Origin: a virus
Length of the DNA: 64,000 nucleotides
Virus record (IMG/VR): IMGVR_UViG_3300032316_001090
Location: 8,784 to 72,783 of that record
Strand: one strand, 5' to 3'
The position numbers and the translations under genes were made by a program. The stretch's first letter is position 1, and each line of letters opens with the position of its first letter. The notes beneath the pieces were generated by a model, which was not told where the DNA came from, searched no databases, and saw nothing but the letters and a program-made list of their open reading frames with translations. Of the stretch, positions 10,850-25,800 are shown one piece after another.

Positions 10850-13800
10850 TGGCACGTACTAGATCAGTAGATTTTCTACCAGAAATATTTCAAACTCCAG
10901 TCAACAAGCAGTTTTTAGCAGCTACTTTGGATCAGTTGATTCAAGAACCCAAGTTCAAAAAAACACAAGGGTTTATTGGTCGCACTGTGGGTCCTGGGGT
11001 CAACCCCAATGATGCCTATGTGGTAGAACCAGGCAAAACTCGACAGGATTATCAACTTGAACCAGGGGTTGTGTCATTGAAACCCGACACCAATGTCATC
11101 AACAACGTGATCACATATCCAGGGATCAATGATGCAGTGGCATTGCAAGGCGGCAACATTGATCGTGCTGACCTTTTGTACAACAGCGATTATTATACCT
11201 GGGATCCTTTTATTGACTATGACAGTTTCATCAACTTCAGTCAATACTATTGGCTGCCCAGTGGTCCCAGCACAGTTGATGTGAATTCCAGTGGCGTGCC
11301 ATTGCAACAAAATTTTTCAGTCACCCGGGGCACTGATTCTTATCTATTTTCTGGACAGACTGGTGCCAATCCCACGTTGTATCTAGTACGTGGCGGCAAT
11401 TATAATTTTGCAGTGGCTCAAAATGCAACTGAAACTGTGAATTATCGGGTGGCCAATGATTCTTCTTCGTCTTATCAAATTCAACAACAAACCAACCCCA
11501 CATTGACCTTGGTACGTGGCAACACCTATGTGTTCGAATTAAATTTAAACGGCGATTATCCTTTTTGGATCAAAACCGAACCCAGTCTTGGCACAGGCGA
11601 TGCCTATCAAACAGGTGTGCGCCGAAACGGCAGTGCATTTGGCGATATTACCTTTGTGGTTCCTCAGGACGCACCAGACACACTGTACTACACCAGTCAA
11701 AATTTTACCAACATGCAAGGTATTTTGCAAATTGTAGACGGTCAATCAGGTACCGGCCCAGGTTTTTGGATACAGACTGCGCCAGGAATCAGTGGCACAG
11801 TGCCCAGCACACCCAACATCAGCAGCCGCAATGTGTTAGGAGTAATCAACAACGGCACTGATCTTGGCACAATTGAATTTGAGGTACCTTCTAAAACTGC
11901 TCAACAATTTTATTACAATTTGCCCAATGTTGGGCCTGTTGACTTTCTCACCGATCTGCCATTCAATGAAATCAACAATCAACCATTGGCCACATTTATT
12001 CAAACACAAGGCGGCATTGACGGAGTTACCTATCTGCAAAATCGCACCTTGGTGTTTACCAGCACAGAAGAATCTGGTTGGGTCAACGGTGCCAGCACTG
12101 TTGCTCCGGCCGACAGATATCAGATATGGCAAATCAACATTGTGTCAGTGCTTGGTGTTGACGTCATCAATCTTGCAAAAATAGCCAATGTTGGGTTCAA
12201 TCAAAAGTTCACATTGGCCTACGGTAATCAATACAGCAACACCAGTTGGTATAAAAATAATCTTGGTTTATTTCAACAGATACCGTTGTTGTCCGCAGTG
12301 ACGTCTGAATTATATTACCAAGACTCTACAAATCCTGATCTGTTTGGACGCATTGTATTGCTAGATCCAGATCAACAAAACACAATTTTTATAGACAACA
12401 TTTTGGGTCAATCAGCATATACTTCTCCCAATGGAGTGGTATTTACTAATGGTCTCAAAGTGCGTTTCACTGGCGATGTGATACCCGCCAGTGCGGCATC
12501 TAATTCTGCGCAATTCACTTGCACTGCTACCACAGCCGGCAGCAACCTTATTACCTGCAGCAGCACAGCCGGCCTGTATGAAGGTATAGAAATTGTTTTC
12601 TCAGGTACCACAGCCGGTGGCATTGTGCCCGGTGACGTTTACTACGTGAAATCAATTGTTGCCAACGGTATCCAATTTAGTATCAGCACTGTGGTTGATG
12701 GTGCTACTTATGCAGTGAGCACAGCCACCGTGGCTGGATTCACTGCCACCGCTACCAGCAACAATGAATTTTATGTCAGCGGTGTGGGAACAGCTATTGC
12801 ATTGTTGCCTGTGCGAAATTTTGTTACTCCTGAAACTTATGTGGTTGATGCCAACGACAGTACCATTGCCACAGAGCCTGACGAAGTAGACTATCTCACC
12901 ATTGATCGTGCCAGCAATGATCTCAATGCTTGGACACGCAGTAATCGTTGGTTTCATGTGGATGTGATCACCGCTGCTGCTGGCTACAACAACACCGTGA
13001 TTGAACTGAACAACAACTATAGAGCCAAACGACCCATCATAAGTTTCAGACCTGGTATACGATTATTCAACATGGGTGTACAAGGCAAACAACCTGTGGA
13101 CGTGATAGATTTTGAAACCACAGATGCATTTAGCGAAGTTGAAGGTTCTACCGGCTATGCAATTGATGGCTACAGTTTGGTTGATGGATCACGTGTGATC
13201 TTTGCAGCCGACCTTGATCCAGATGTACGAAACAAAATTTACACTGTGCAATTTATAGAACCTGACAGTGTGCCACCATTGATAACACAACCTATCATTC
13301 ATCTGTCATTGACCAGTGACGGTCTAGTGGTGCCCACTCAAAGCACAGTGTGTCTTGAAGGCAATGATCTCAAAGGTATCACGTTCTGGTATGATGGTGT
13401 GGAATGGTTGCAGGCTCAACAAAAAACGTCAGTGCAACAGGCTCCGTTGTTTGATGTGTACGATGCCAACGGTTTCAGTTTTGCAAATACCAACAGTTAT
13501 CCCAGCAGCACTTTTGTAGGCAGTAAATTATTCAGTTATGCTGTGGGAGACACTTCTGTAATTGATCCTATATTAAAATTTCCCCTGCAGTATCTCAACA
13601 TCAACAATGTGGGTGACATTGTTTTTGAAAACAATCTCTACAAAGATACCTTTGTGTATGTGGTAGACAATGTGTCTACCACAGCTGATATCAGCTCTGG
13701 TCTGGCCAGAGAATATGTCAATATTATTGATTATACAAAACTGATTGGCTGGCAGCCAGCTGCTGCTACCAGTCAACAGTATCAACAGTTTAGATTTGTG

Positions 13801-16800
13801 TACACCGGACGGACTCTGACCCTTGACGTGGCTGTGAGCACTACCACTGTGATGCCAGTGCTAAAAATATATGTGGGATCTAATTTTGTCTCTCCCAACG
13901 ATTACACCTATAGGGTGAGCAGCCGCAGCACTGTTATAACTTTTGATCAAGAATATTTGCTCACTGATGTTATTGAAGTACTGGCTCTGAGTGATCAGAG
14001 TTCAACAGTTGGATTTTATCAGGTACCTGTTAACCTTCAAAACAATCCACTCAACAGCAACAGCAACAGCTTTACACTGGGCACTATTCGCACACAGTAT
14101 CAGACTATATGTGAAAATTTGCCTGCATTGACTGGGCCTATTGCTGGAGCCAACAACACCAGAGACCTGGGCAATTTAGTGCCCTATGGACTGACCATAC
14201 TGCAACACAGCGCACCCATGACCTTGGCTGGTTATTTTTTGCGCAGCGACCAATACAACATATGGTCCAGTATGCAGTTTAACAGCAATGAATATTTGAA
14301 ATTCAAAGGTCAACTGCTAAATGCAGTCACACAACAAACCATTCAGTTTCAGGGCACCGCAGACGTTTTAGACACTGCATTGGCTGACATCACTCTGGGA
14401 CGAGTAGAAACTCAGCCTTTTTACTGGAGCGACATGCTGCCTGCTGGTGCTGTGTATACCACATTAAATTACACTGTATCTCGCACCACAACCAATACAT
14501 TTGATGTCACACAGGTTTACAACTACACATCAGCCAACTATCTTGGCATGAATGTGTATTTGAACAATGTGATTCTCATGCGCGACCGCGATTACACTGT
14601 GGCCACTGATGGGCCTAGAATCACTGTGTTGATCAATCTCACTCTGGGCGATCAACTGATGATTCGAGAATATGCTGACACTGCTGGCAATTTTGTACCC
14701 AACACACCTACCAAATTAGGGCTGTATCCGGCCTGGCGACCAGAAATAGTCACCATTCAAACCACTTCGGGCGCTCAAACTGTGATCATAGGTCATGATG
14801 GCAGTCAAACCAGAACTTTTGATGACATACGCGATGATGTGTTGTTGGAATTTGAAACCAGGATTTTTAACAATTTAAAACTGGATGGAAATCCTGTGCC
14901 ACTGACTGCAACAGATGTGATCCCAGGTCAGTTTAGATCAACCGGTTATAGCCTAGATCAAATCAACAACATTTTGGGCACAGATTTTTTAAGCTACGTA
15001 GCTTGGAACAAACTGGACTACAAAACTCAAGATTATCAGGCCAACAACGAATTCAGCTGGAACTATTCTGACAGTCAAAGTCGACTTGACAACAACAGTG
15101 TGCCTGGCGCCTGGCGAGGTATCAATCGCTTGTATTACGACACACAACAACCTCAACTTGTGCCATGGGAACTGTTGGGATTTACTATCAAACCCAGTTG
15201 GTGGCAAGATCGCTATGGCCCAGCACCGTATTCTCAAGACAACTTGGTGTTGTGGGAAGATCTTGAAGCCGGTTATGTGGCTGATCCTGTGGCACCGTAT
15301 TATTTGCCACAGTATGCAAGACCCGGACTGTTGTCTGTGATACCCACCGGCACAGAAGGTCAACTGCTGAGTCCGTTTGACTCAGTGATCAGCACATTTG
15401 ATGCACAGACTTTTAGAAAAAGTTGGAGCCTGGGCGATGGCGGTCCCGTCGAAGCTTCTTGGTGGAATTCCAGCGCCTATCCGTTTGCAGTGATGCGACT
15501 GCTGGCCCTGACACAAACTGCTAAGTTTTTTGCATTGTTTGCTGATCGCGACTTATACAAATTTAATTCTGATTACGGACAATATCTCTATGACAACAGA
15601 TACCGACTCAATGCCAACCGCATTGAAGTGTATGGCAACGGTGTCAGCAAGGCCAGTTACATCAATTGGATTGTTGACTACAATCGTCAGTCTGGTCTAG
15701 ACAGTACCAACGATTTGTCCAATGATCTTGATTTCATTGATGTGCGACTGTGCTACCGTATGGCCAGTTTTTCAGACAAACAATACATCAAGATTTACAC
15801 TGAAAAATCCAGCCCCAATTCTGTTAATACCACTTTTTTAATTCCTGATGAAAATTACAACTTGGTATTGTATAAAAACCAACCTTTTGACCGGGCCAGT
15901 TACAGTGCTGTGGTAATTCAAAAATCCGGCTCGGGCTATGCTGTGTTTGGTTACAGTACCAGTCAACCTTATTTCACAGTGCAACAAAGTATGAGTTCAG
16001 GCCTGTTGCAGACCTATACCGTAGCCGGAGTCACTGTAAAAGTGTCCACAGTTTACACTGATAACACAGTGAACATTCCTTATGGTTATGTGTTTGCCAG
16101 CACCACGGCTGTGGCTGATTTCTTGTTGAGTTATGGACAATACTTGCAGAGACAAGGACTAACGTTTGAAGACAGCACAAATGGTTACATCTTAAACTGG
16201 CCACAGATGGTAACAGAATTTTTGTATTGGAGTCAACAAGGTTGGGACGAGTCTGCTCTAATTAATTTGAATCCTTTGGCATTCAAACTCAGTGTGACCA
16301 AGCCACAGGCCGTGGTTGACAGCATTCAAGCACAGACCACTGACAACATTTTGTTGGACCAAAATCGTCGAGAACTGCCCACACGCAATTTGATTATCAC
16401 ACGTCTAGACAACACATTCACAGTGGAACCGGCCAACGAACAAACTTTAAGTTTTATAGATGTAAAATACACGTCATACGAACACATGATTGTGCTGGAC
16501 AATTCCAGTTTGTTTGGAGATGTAATCTATGATCCTATAACTGGAGCAAGACAAAGTAGATTGAATCTCACAGCAGTGACCACTACAGAATGGAATGGCT
16601 CGGTGGACGCACAAGGATTTGTGCTCAATCAAAACAACATTGAGGAATGGAGTTCTGACCGAACTTACACCAAAGGTGAGATAGTACTGTTCAAAGGAGC
16701 ATACTGGTCCGCAGCCACTATTGTGCAGCCCACAGCAGTATTCAATGCCAATGATTGGATCAAAAGCGACACAGATCAGATACAACTGGGTTTGTTGCCC

Positions 16801-19800
16801 AACTTGGCCACCAAAGCCGACCAATTGACCAACAGTTACAACATCAATTCAGCCAATCTTGAAAGTGACAATGACCTGTTGAGTTACGGGTTGATTGGTT
16901 TTAGGCCACGAGAATACATGACCAGTTTGAATTTGGACGATGTCAGTCAGGTCAATGTGTACCGACAGTTTTTAGATTCCAAAGGCACAGTGCTCAGTGC
17001 AGAATTGTTCAGTCAAGTCAATCTTGGCAAAGAAGCAGCTGACTATGACATATTTGAAAACTGGGCTGTGCAACGAGCAGTTTATGGAGCCAATGCCAAT
17101 CGCAGCTATGTGCAACTGAGACTGGATCAGGCCCTGCTAGATGCCAACCCCAGTGTGATTCAAGTAATCAACACTCAACAGACCAGCAAAGCTGATCAAA
17201 CTGTGCTGGTGTCCGAAATATGGCGTGAAAGTTTTCCTATCACATCACCAGACTTTTTGCCTACAACCACGGATCTGCCCACAGACACAGCATTGCCATC
17301 AGCAGGCTACGTGAATCTTGACGATGTTGATATCACAGTGTTTGATATCAACAACACTGACAGTTTGTCTGCCAGCATTGACAGCATTGGGGTAGGTACC
17401 ACGGTATGGGTGGCCAAGATCAATGACTATGACTGGGCTATCTATCGCACACAGGCTGTGCCTGGAACAATTTCGCATGTTTGTGATAATTTAGATGGCA
17501 CAAGCCTGGTGATATTTACGCAACCACATGAATTATCTGTTGGTGACAAGTTGATCATCAAATTTTTTGATCTAGAAGTCAATGGGGTGTACACAGTGCT
17601 CACTGTGCCCAGTTTGGAAAAAATCACAGTGGCCTTTAGTTTTACCGGTGATCGTACTGTGGTCAATGGCACAGGACTTGGATTCACATTGAAAACACAG
17701 CGTGTGGCACAGGCCAGTGATATCTTGTTGTTACCTTATGCCAACACCATTGAGCCAGGAGCTCGAGTCTGGGTGGACAACAACGGCAATGGCTCGTGGG
17801 CTGTGTTAGAAAAACAAGAAGTGTTTTCTGAATTGTTAAGTGTGAGTCCGGCTGTCAAAGACATCAATCAGCAGTATGGCACCGCAGTGGCACAGGCACA
17901 AAATCGTTTTGCAGCTCTAGTAGGTAGTCCGTTGTATCGGTTACCAGAAACGTTTTCACAATGGAATATCAACGATACTTACACACCTGGTGAAATTGTA
18001 GTGGTGCCTGACCCTGTGCAAGCTGAATTTTTCCAGTGTAAAAATGCTGTTGCAGTGGCAGGAGTTGTGAATATTTACAACACTAGTTATTGGACTCCTT
18101 ATAATATTTCTGTGCAGCCTCAACGAGGTGCAGTATACGTTTACGTCAAAAACAGCAGCGAAATTTATTCACCCATATCGCCGTTGGCTCCTGAAGATGC
18201 TGTGCTGAGCCTTGACGTTTTACATGTCAGCGGCACCAGCACAAATTCCAGCATTTCAGGAACTGTTTTGACTGTGGGCGGCACTGTGACTGGCAGTTTT
18301 GAGCCTGGCATGATACTCACTGGCAACAATGTTGTCAGTGATACTACTATTTTGGCACAGCTTACTGGTACTGCTGGACTTGCCGGCACGTACTCCATAA
18401 GTGTGGACTACACTGCACTGTCGCCTGTGTCTGCCACTGCGGTTGCTGCAAACGTTCCGGCTGTTAGAAATCTTGGTGCGGCACTGACTTTTGGCAATCA
18501 AGACTGGGCGGCTGCTGGCGCCCCAGGCAGCCTGGGCTCCACAGGTACTGCGGACAATGGTTATGCAGTGATTATCTATCGTGCTCCTGAATTGGGCGCA
18601 GCCGGCACCATACCTTTTGCCAATTGGCAACTGTTGACCAGCCCCAACTCAGTTATTGCCGCTGAAAAATTTGGATCAGCTGTGGCCATGAGTCAAGACG
18701 AACGTTGGTTGTACGTGGCAGCCTCTGGGAACAATGCAGTGCATGCCTATGCGCAGGTGCCGTGGGAAGATCAAAAAATTCGTGCTTTTTCAGACGGAGT
18801 CACCAAGTCTTATTTTATTGGCAATACCATACAGATTGATCAAGACACACAATTGACTGTGCTGGTAGAAGGCAACAAGCAAACACTGGGCGTGGATTAC
18901 ACTGTGACTGAACTGTTGACACAAGTGATTTTTGTCACTGCACCAGCGCAAGGTGAGTTCATTGAAATTGTTCGCACCAGCAGAATTTTGTTGGATCAAC
19001 AAGTCTCTTATGATGTTGTTCAAAGTGCCACATCAGGCGCTGGCACTGGCGCCAAATTCACTGTGGTTTATCAACGCAATCAGGTAGGCCCCACAGTAAG
19101 TCAACCCAGCAACACTGTTGGATCAGTTTCAGTATCAGCCGGTGGAGTCAATTACGTCGTAGGCAATACCATTACTTTGCCAGCTGCCAGCTTTGGCGGT
19201 CAAAGTGTGAATGGTGCTATTACCTTGACTGTGTTAGGTGTAGACGCCACCACTGGTGCTGTTTCTACATTCTCTGTGGCCTACACACCCACAGTGTTGG
19301 CCACACAGTTTTCATTGAATGAATACCTGTACACTGTGGACAGTGTTTACAGTTTTTCAGTGCTGGTAGATGGTGTGTTACAACGACCAGGAATTGATTA
19401 TGGGTACAGTGGGCTCAATGACGACATAACATTTTTAAATGTTCCTGTTGCAGGTGCTGCCATACTGATACGGGCTGAAAGCTATTATGAATACTGCAAC
19501 ACCATAACCAATGTCAACAGTGTGAGTGGTGACCAGTTTGGATACAGCGTGAGCACCAGCACTGATGGTCGCCAAATATTGATTGGTGCCAATCAAACCA
19601 CAGTAGATACTGTTGATCAGGCCGGAACTGTTTATGTGTATGATCGCTGTGTGCAAAAATTTATCTATGGTACAGATGGCAGCACTGTTACATTCACAGT
19701 GTTGGGCACAGTGAATAATCCAGTGGCAGTATTGGTCAATGGTGAATTTTTCACCAACGAAATTTCAGCGGCACCCAATGCTACTAACACTTTTACAGTG

Positions 19801-22800
19801 GCTGGCAATATCATAACAATCAATGGTAATCTGCAGGTGGGAGATATTATTGAAATTGAAACCAATGAATTTCAATTGGTACAAACCATCAATCAAAACA
19901 TTGTAGAAAGTTTTGCAAATTATGGTCAAGCTCTTGATTTGTGCAGCTACAATTGCAGCATGTATGTGGGTGCGCCCAACAGCAGTTATCAAATAATCAA
20001 AGGCGGTGTGGTTGAACGTTTGGTCAATCAAAGTCGTGTGTATGGAGTCACGGCCTGTGGCAATCCTGGAGGTACATTGACTGCTGGAAATACCTTACGT
20101 GTCAACAATCAAGACGTAGTGGTGCCTGGCACCTGGAACAACAGCTTGATTTACACTGTAAATACCGTGGTCTACAACACTGCCGACGCTGTTACAAGCA
20201 TATATTCTAGTCTGCAAAGTGTGCCAGCCGGTACTGCCTTGACCAACACATCTTATTGGCGTTTGATTCAAACCACTACAGTGTTGTCATCTGTGGACTA
20301 TCGTGCGCTGGCTGCGCAGATCAACATCGATGTGCCCAATGCAATAGCATCTGTGGATGAACACTTGCATTTGACCATTGCAGTAAAAAATATTGCAGCA
20401 GCAATGCCAGGCAATCTTTTACAAGTGGCTCCAGGCAGTATTGGCACTGCATTTGACGACATTGATTTTACCACTTTTGTTTTGACACAAACTATACAGA
20501 GCCCATACCCAGTGGACTATGCTGGTTTTGGCAGCAGTGTCAGTATTGATGACACCGCTGTCAATTTGGTAGTAGGGGCACCACGCGGCACTTTATACTT
20601 GATCACTGTGTTTGATCTCAACAACACAGATTTTGACGAAGGCGCTACAGATTTCTTTGATCAAGTTTTGCAAAGCGGTGCTGTATATACCTATGATTTA
20701 TTGCCTAGTTCGGACGCATCAGTGACCAACCCTGACAAATTTGTGTTTGGACAACAAATTGACAATCCAGATGTGGCATCTTATGATCAATATGGAACCG
20801 CAGTTGATTACTCATCAGGTGTATTGTTTACAGGAGCACCTGGCAACGAATCTGAAGACAGCACATTGTCTGGCAATTTTGGGCGAGTATTTGTGAGTGT
20901 GAACGAAAACCGTGTGCCGGCCTGGACCACATTACAAAATCAGCAGCCAGTGGTAGATGTTCGATTATTGAATAACGTTTATCTATACGATGTAGTTTCT
21001 TCTGAAACCACACAATATCTGGACTTTTTTGATCCTCTACAGGGCAAAATACTAAGCGCAGCCAGACAAAACATAGATTATCTAGGAGCGATAGATCCTG
21101 CCAGCTACAATGTAGGAGCCAGCGGCATCAATGGCACCACCTGGGGAGAAAATCAAGTGGGCGAAGTATGGTGGGATACCAGCACAGTGAGATTCATTGA
21201 TCCCAACCAAGACGACATTGTGTATGCCAGCAGAAGATGGGGACAGGTGTTTCCAGGCAGCAGTGTGGATGTGTATCAATGGATTGTGAGTCCTACCCCA
21301 CCGTCAGACTATGCTGGGGAAGGCACACCACTGACCACTCTCAGCTACGTGGTAAACTCTGTGTTGTCAAACGAAGGCGTGATCAATCTACAGTATTTTT
21401 TCTGGGTGCAAGGTATTACTGTGGTGGCCACAGCCAAAGGCAAAACTCTTCCAGTCAGTGCCGTGGCCAATTACATAGAAAATCCTCGCGCCACTGGTAT
21501 TGCTTATATGGCTGCTATCAATGCCAGCACCGTGGCCATTTACAACGTTGGAGACTTGCTGAATGCCAATGACACTGTGTTGAGCATTGAATTTGATCGT
21601 GAGTTGACCAATGCCAATGTACACACAGAATATGAATTAATAGCACAAGGCAAAGACAGTGCTTGGCTTAGCCAAAATCTTTATCGCAAATTGCAAGACA
21701 GTTTTTGTGGAGTAGACACAGCAGGAAATTTGGTTCCTGACGTGAACCTCAATGCTGGTGAACGATATGGTGTGCAATTTAGACCACGTCAAAGCATGTT
21801 TGTCAACAGATTTGCTGCGCTGAAAAATTATTTGTCTCGAGCCAACACAGTTTTGTCACGTTATCCTGTCAGCGAAAATCGATCATTTGATCTTTTAAAC
21901 AGTCGAGACCCTGAGCCCACAGCAGGATCAGGCCAATGGAACAAACGAGTGGCCAATTTGGAGATCTTGGGATTTCAAAACATCTATGCAGTGGCCTTGG
22001 GTTACAATTATCTTGTGGTCAGTGACAGCAACAATGGTGGCCTATGGACCATTTACACAGTGACTGAAACTGTTACTGTTGACGGAACGGTGCGACAACT
22101 TGTGTTAAGCCGAGTGCAAAATTATAACACTAGACAATATTGGAACTACATCAACTGGTATCTGCCTGGCTACAATACCAGCTCAAAAATCATTGTTGAA
22201 GTGCCCAACATTGCTGCCTTGAATGAATTGACTGTGCCGGTGGGCAGCAGTGTAAAAGTCACGGCCAATAGTCAGGGCAAATTTGAAATTTATCTGCGCA
22301 CTCAAACTGGTTTTCAACGTGTGGGTCTACAAGATGGTACCATTGAGTTCAGTGCTGTGCTTTGGAATTACGCTCTAGGACGTTATGGATTTGATCTTGA
22401 AGTTTTTGATGCACAGTATTTTGATCAAGAACCTGTGATCGAAACAAGAAAAATAATTCAGGCCATCAATCAAGAACTTTTTGTAGATGATCTTTTGATT
22501 GAGCGTAACAGAGCGTTGACTCTCATGTTTGATTTTGTATTGAGTGAACAAGGCGCACCCGAATGGTTGGTCAAGACATCCTTGATTGATGTGGAACATC
22601 GTATACGTGCGTTGTTGCCATTTCAAAATTACAGTAGAGACAATCAAGAATTTGTAGTAGATTACATTCAAGAAGTCAAACCATATCATGTGCAAATTAG
22701 AGAATTTAATCTGCGCTATTCAGGCCGTGATGTTTGGCCTGGTGATGTGGCAGATTTTGACTTGCCAGCCTACTATAACACTTCTCTAGAAGTGCCTAGA

Positions 22801-25800
22801 TATACCAGTCCAATACTGTTGCCATACGAAGCTGGCACAGCATTCAACAGCGAAATCAACACACTCAGCAATTTGCCAGCCAATAGCACTGTGTGGGACT
22901 CTTGGCCTTATAGTCAATGGTTCAATAATTATTTGTTGTCAGTGATCAGTGTCACAGTGATCAATGGCGGAACCGGCTATGCGGAAATTCCCACAGTTAC
23001 TTTTGTACCCAATGCCAATAATCCTGCACCCATACAAGCAGCACAGGCCACAGCAGTGTTGAATGGTGCAGGTCAAGTGGTTGCTATCAACGTTACACAG
23101 TCAGGTTCAGGATATCGTAGCATACCCACAGTGACCATCACTGGCGGCAACGGCTCAGGCGCCACGGCCTATGCACAACTGGTCAACAATGTTGTCAGAC
23201 AATTTCGCACAGTGATCCGCTATGATCGCTATCAGTATCAGTCAGCTGTGGTGGACTGGAATTCCAACGGCACCTACGAAAACGGCGCCCTGGTAAGATA
23301 CCGCAATCAGGTATGGTCAGCACAAAATGCCGACGGCAGTTCAGCTGTGATTGGGCCCACATTTGATTTAGAAAACTGGGAGTTGGTGGATCCAGCCACC
23401 TATACCTATCCAGGCAGTACCGAGGCCACTGGCCTCACTGGTGTAGATCGCACCATGGGATTGTATGTGCCTGGCATCAATGAACCAGGATTGGAATTAC
23501 CGCTGTTGGTCAACGGAGTAGACTATCCAGGAGTACAAGTTTGGGGAGATTATTTTACCAACACTGCCACGTTGGATGCCAATTATCAAAGCGAATTCGC
23601 AGACATATATCTGGGCACAAGATTTGATGACATCAATGTAAACGGTGGTGAATTTGTTGGTCCTTATGAAGGTCATGCTCCTGAAGAACTAGTCAACGGA
23701 GCCGAATATGACAGTCTAGATTTGAGAGTATACACCAGACCCGGCAGTGATTGGTCTGGTGATGGACATGGCTTTGCCATTGCCAGCACAAGATACAGTT
23801 ATGATGACAACGTGACCACAGTGTTCAGCTGGGCCAATCTTGTGCAGACACCGTTTCAACTGATTGTAAGCAATATTACCACAGGTTTGGTGCTGACTGA
23901 AAATGTAGATTTTGTAACCAACTGGACAAACAGCACAGTGGATGTGTTTGGTGGGGCAGACAATGGAGATATTATCAACATTGATGTGTACGAAATTGGG
24001 GGCGGCAGTCAACTATTTAGAAGCGTATACCCGGCTTCAGAAGTGATTGCCAACAACAACAAAATTCAAATTCCAGTGAACTGGGCAGAGATTTCTGAAT
24101 GCAATATTTTTGTCAATGGGGAAATCATAGCAGATCAACCACTGGCGCCTTACACCAACAGTGTGACATGGTCAATCAACAGCACATTTGCCAATAACAG
24201 CACGGTGTTCAACAACAATGAAATTCAATGCACTGCTACCACAGCAGTATTCAATGTGATCAACTGTTCAAATACTTCAGCACTGACTGTGGGCCAGCCC
24301 ATTGTGTTCTCAGGCACTGTGTTTGGTGGACTTGTGGCCGGACAAGAATATTATGTTTTGTCAGTCCCCAACAGCATACAATTTTTAGTCACTGCCACTG
24401 CAGGCAGCACTGTGCCGGTGACCTTGACCACAGCAGCCGGCACAATGACTGCATCTCCCAAAGGCACTTATTATCGAGCCATACAAGCTGTGCCAGCTGG
24501 CATACAATTAAGCAATACTCAATACTGGTTGCCGTTTGTGCCCAGCCTGTACACTGAAATTACCATCACTGCTGCCATCTCTGCTGGCGACACATTGTCA
24601 ATGCTGGTGCTGGGTAATACCTCAGTAATTCCAGTTACCACAACCACAGTGACCAGCAATGCAATTACACTCTCAGCATCCACAAACTCACTGGTTGTGG
24701 GGCAAACAGTTATCTTCAATGGCTACAGCTTGGGGGGCATTGCCACTGATGTGGTATATCAGATTCTGGCCATTGTTGGCCCAGCTGAAATCACCATAAC
24801 CCAAGATGGTGCGACTCCTGTGGCCTTGATCACAGACACCGCAGACTGGACCAAACAATTGGTGGCCAAATTTATACCGCCAAATTTGGCCAGTTGGAGC
24901 ACACCAGTGATCGAACATTTTGTTGTGGATGCAGGTATTCAGACCCTAGGTTCAGTCACAGTAAGTGATGTGCCTCAAGGAACCAATGCTGCCAACATGG
25001 TGGTGCTACGCAACGGTGTGAGGTTGACAGGTCCTGCATGCATTGAATGGACTGGCGACGACACCACTACAGAATTTGGTTTGCCGCAGCGACTGGGTGT
25101 GAGTTTTTCTCAAGCTACCATTGACCCAGTGACTGACATTCAGGTCTATGTCAACAATGTGTTACAACTGCAATCTTTTGGTGCCATTGTTGGCACATAC
25201 AGTGTGACCAACTATGATGGCAGCAACACTCCAGGTCGCCAGATTGTATTTGTGAATCCACCTGCTGATGGTGATGTAATTTTGATTGCAGTGTCTACCT
25301 TGGCCGATTGTCTCTACGACTATGATCCCAGTGCACCAACGTTTGGTAATCAACTGCAAATTTTGCCAGCATTGAATATCAATGATTTGATTTCTGTGAT
25401 CACCTGGAACGATACCAGTCAACAGCAGGCCTTGACCCAGGCATTTTATGGACCGGTGATCACTGGAACAACCATCACAGAAGGCTATGACGATACCAAC
25501 TATGACAGTGGCTCAGTATCCGGCGCACCTGGCAGCTTTGATTATGCTTTAGGCGTGCTTGTTGCTCAAAATAATTTTGATCTGGGTCGACTCAATGTCA
25601 ATGCTGGTCGACTGTGGGTCAGCCTCAACGGTTTACGGTTGTTTGAAGGCGAGGACTTCACTGTGTCTGGTACTCAGTTGGTGCTGTCTTCTGGAGCAAT
25701 TCAAACCAACCAGGTGTTGACTGTGACTCAATTTACCAGCAGTGTGGTGCCTGAGGCAGTGGCTTTTAGAATTTTTCAGGACATGCGTGGAGTACAAGCT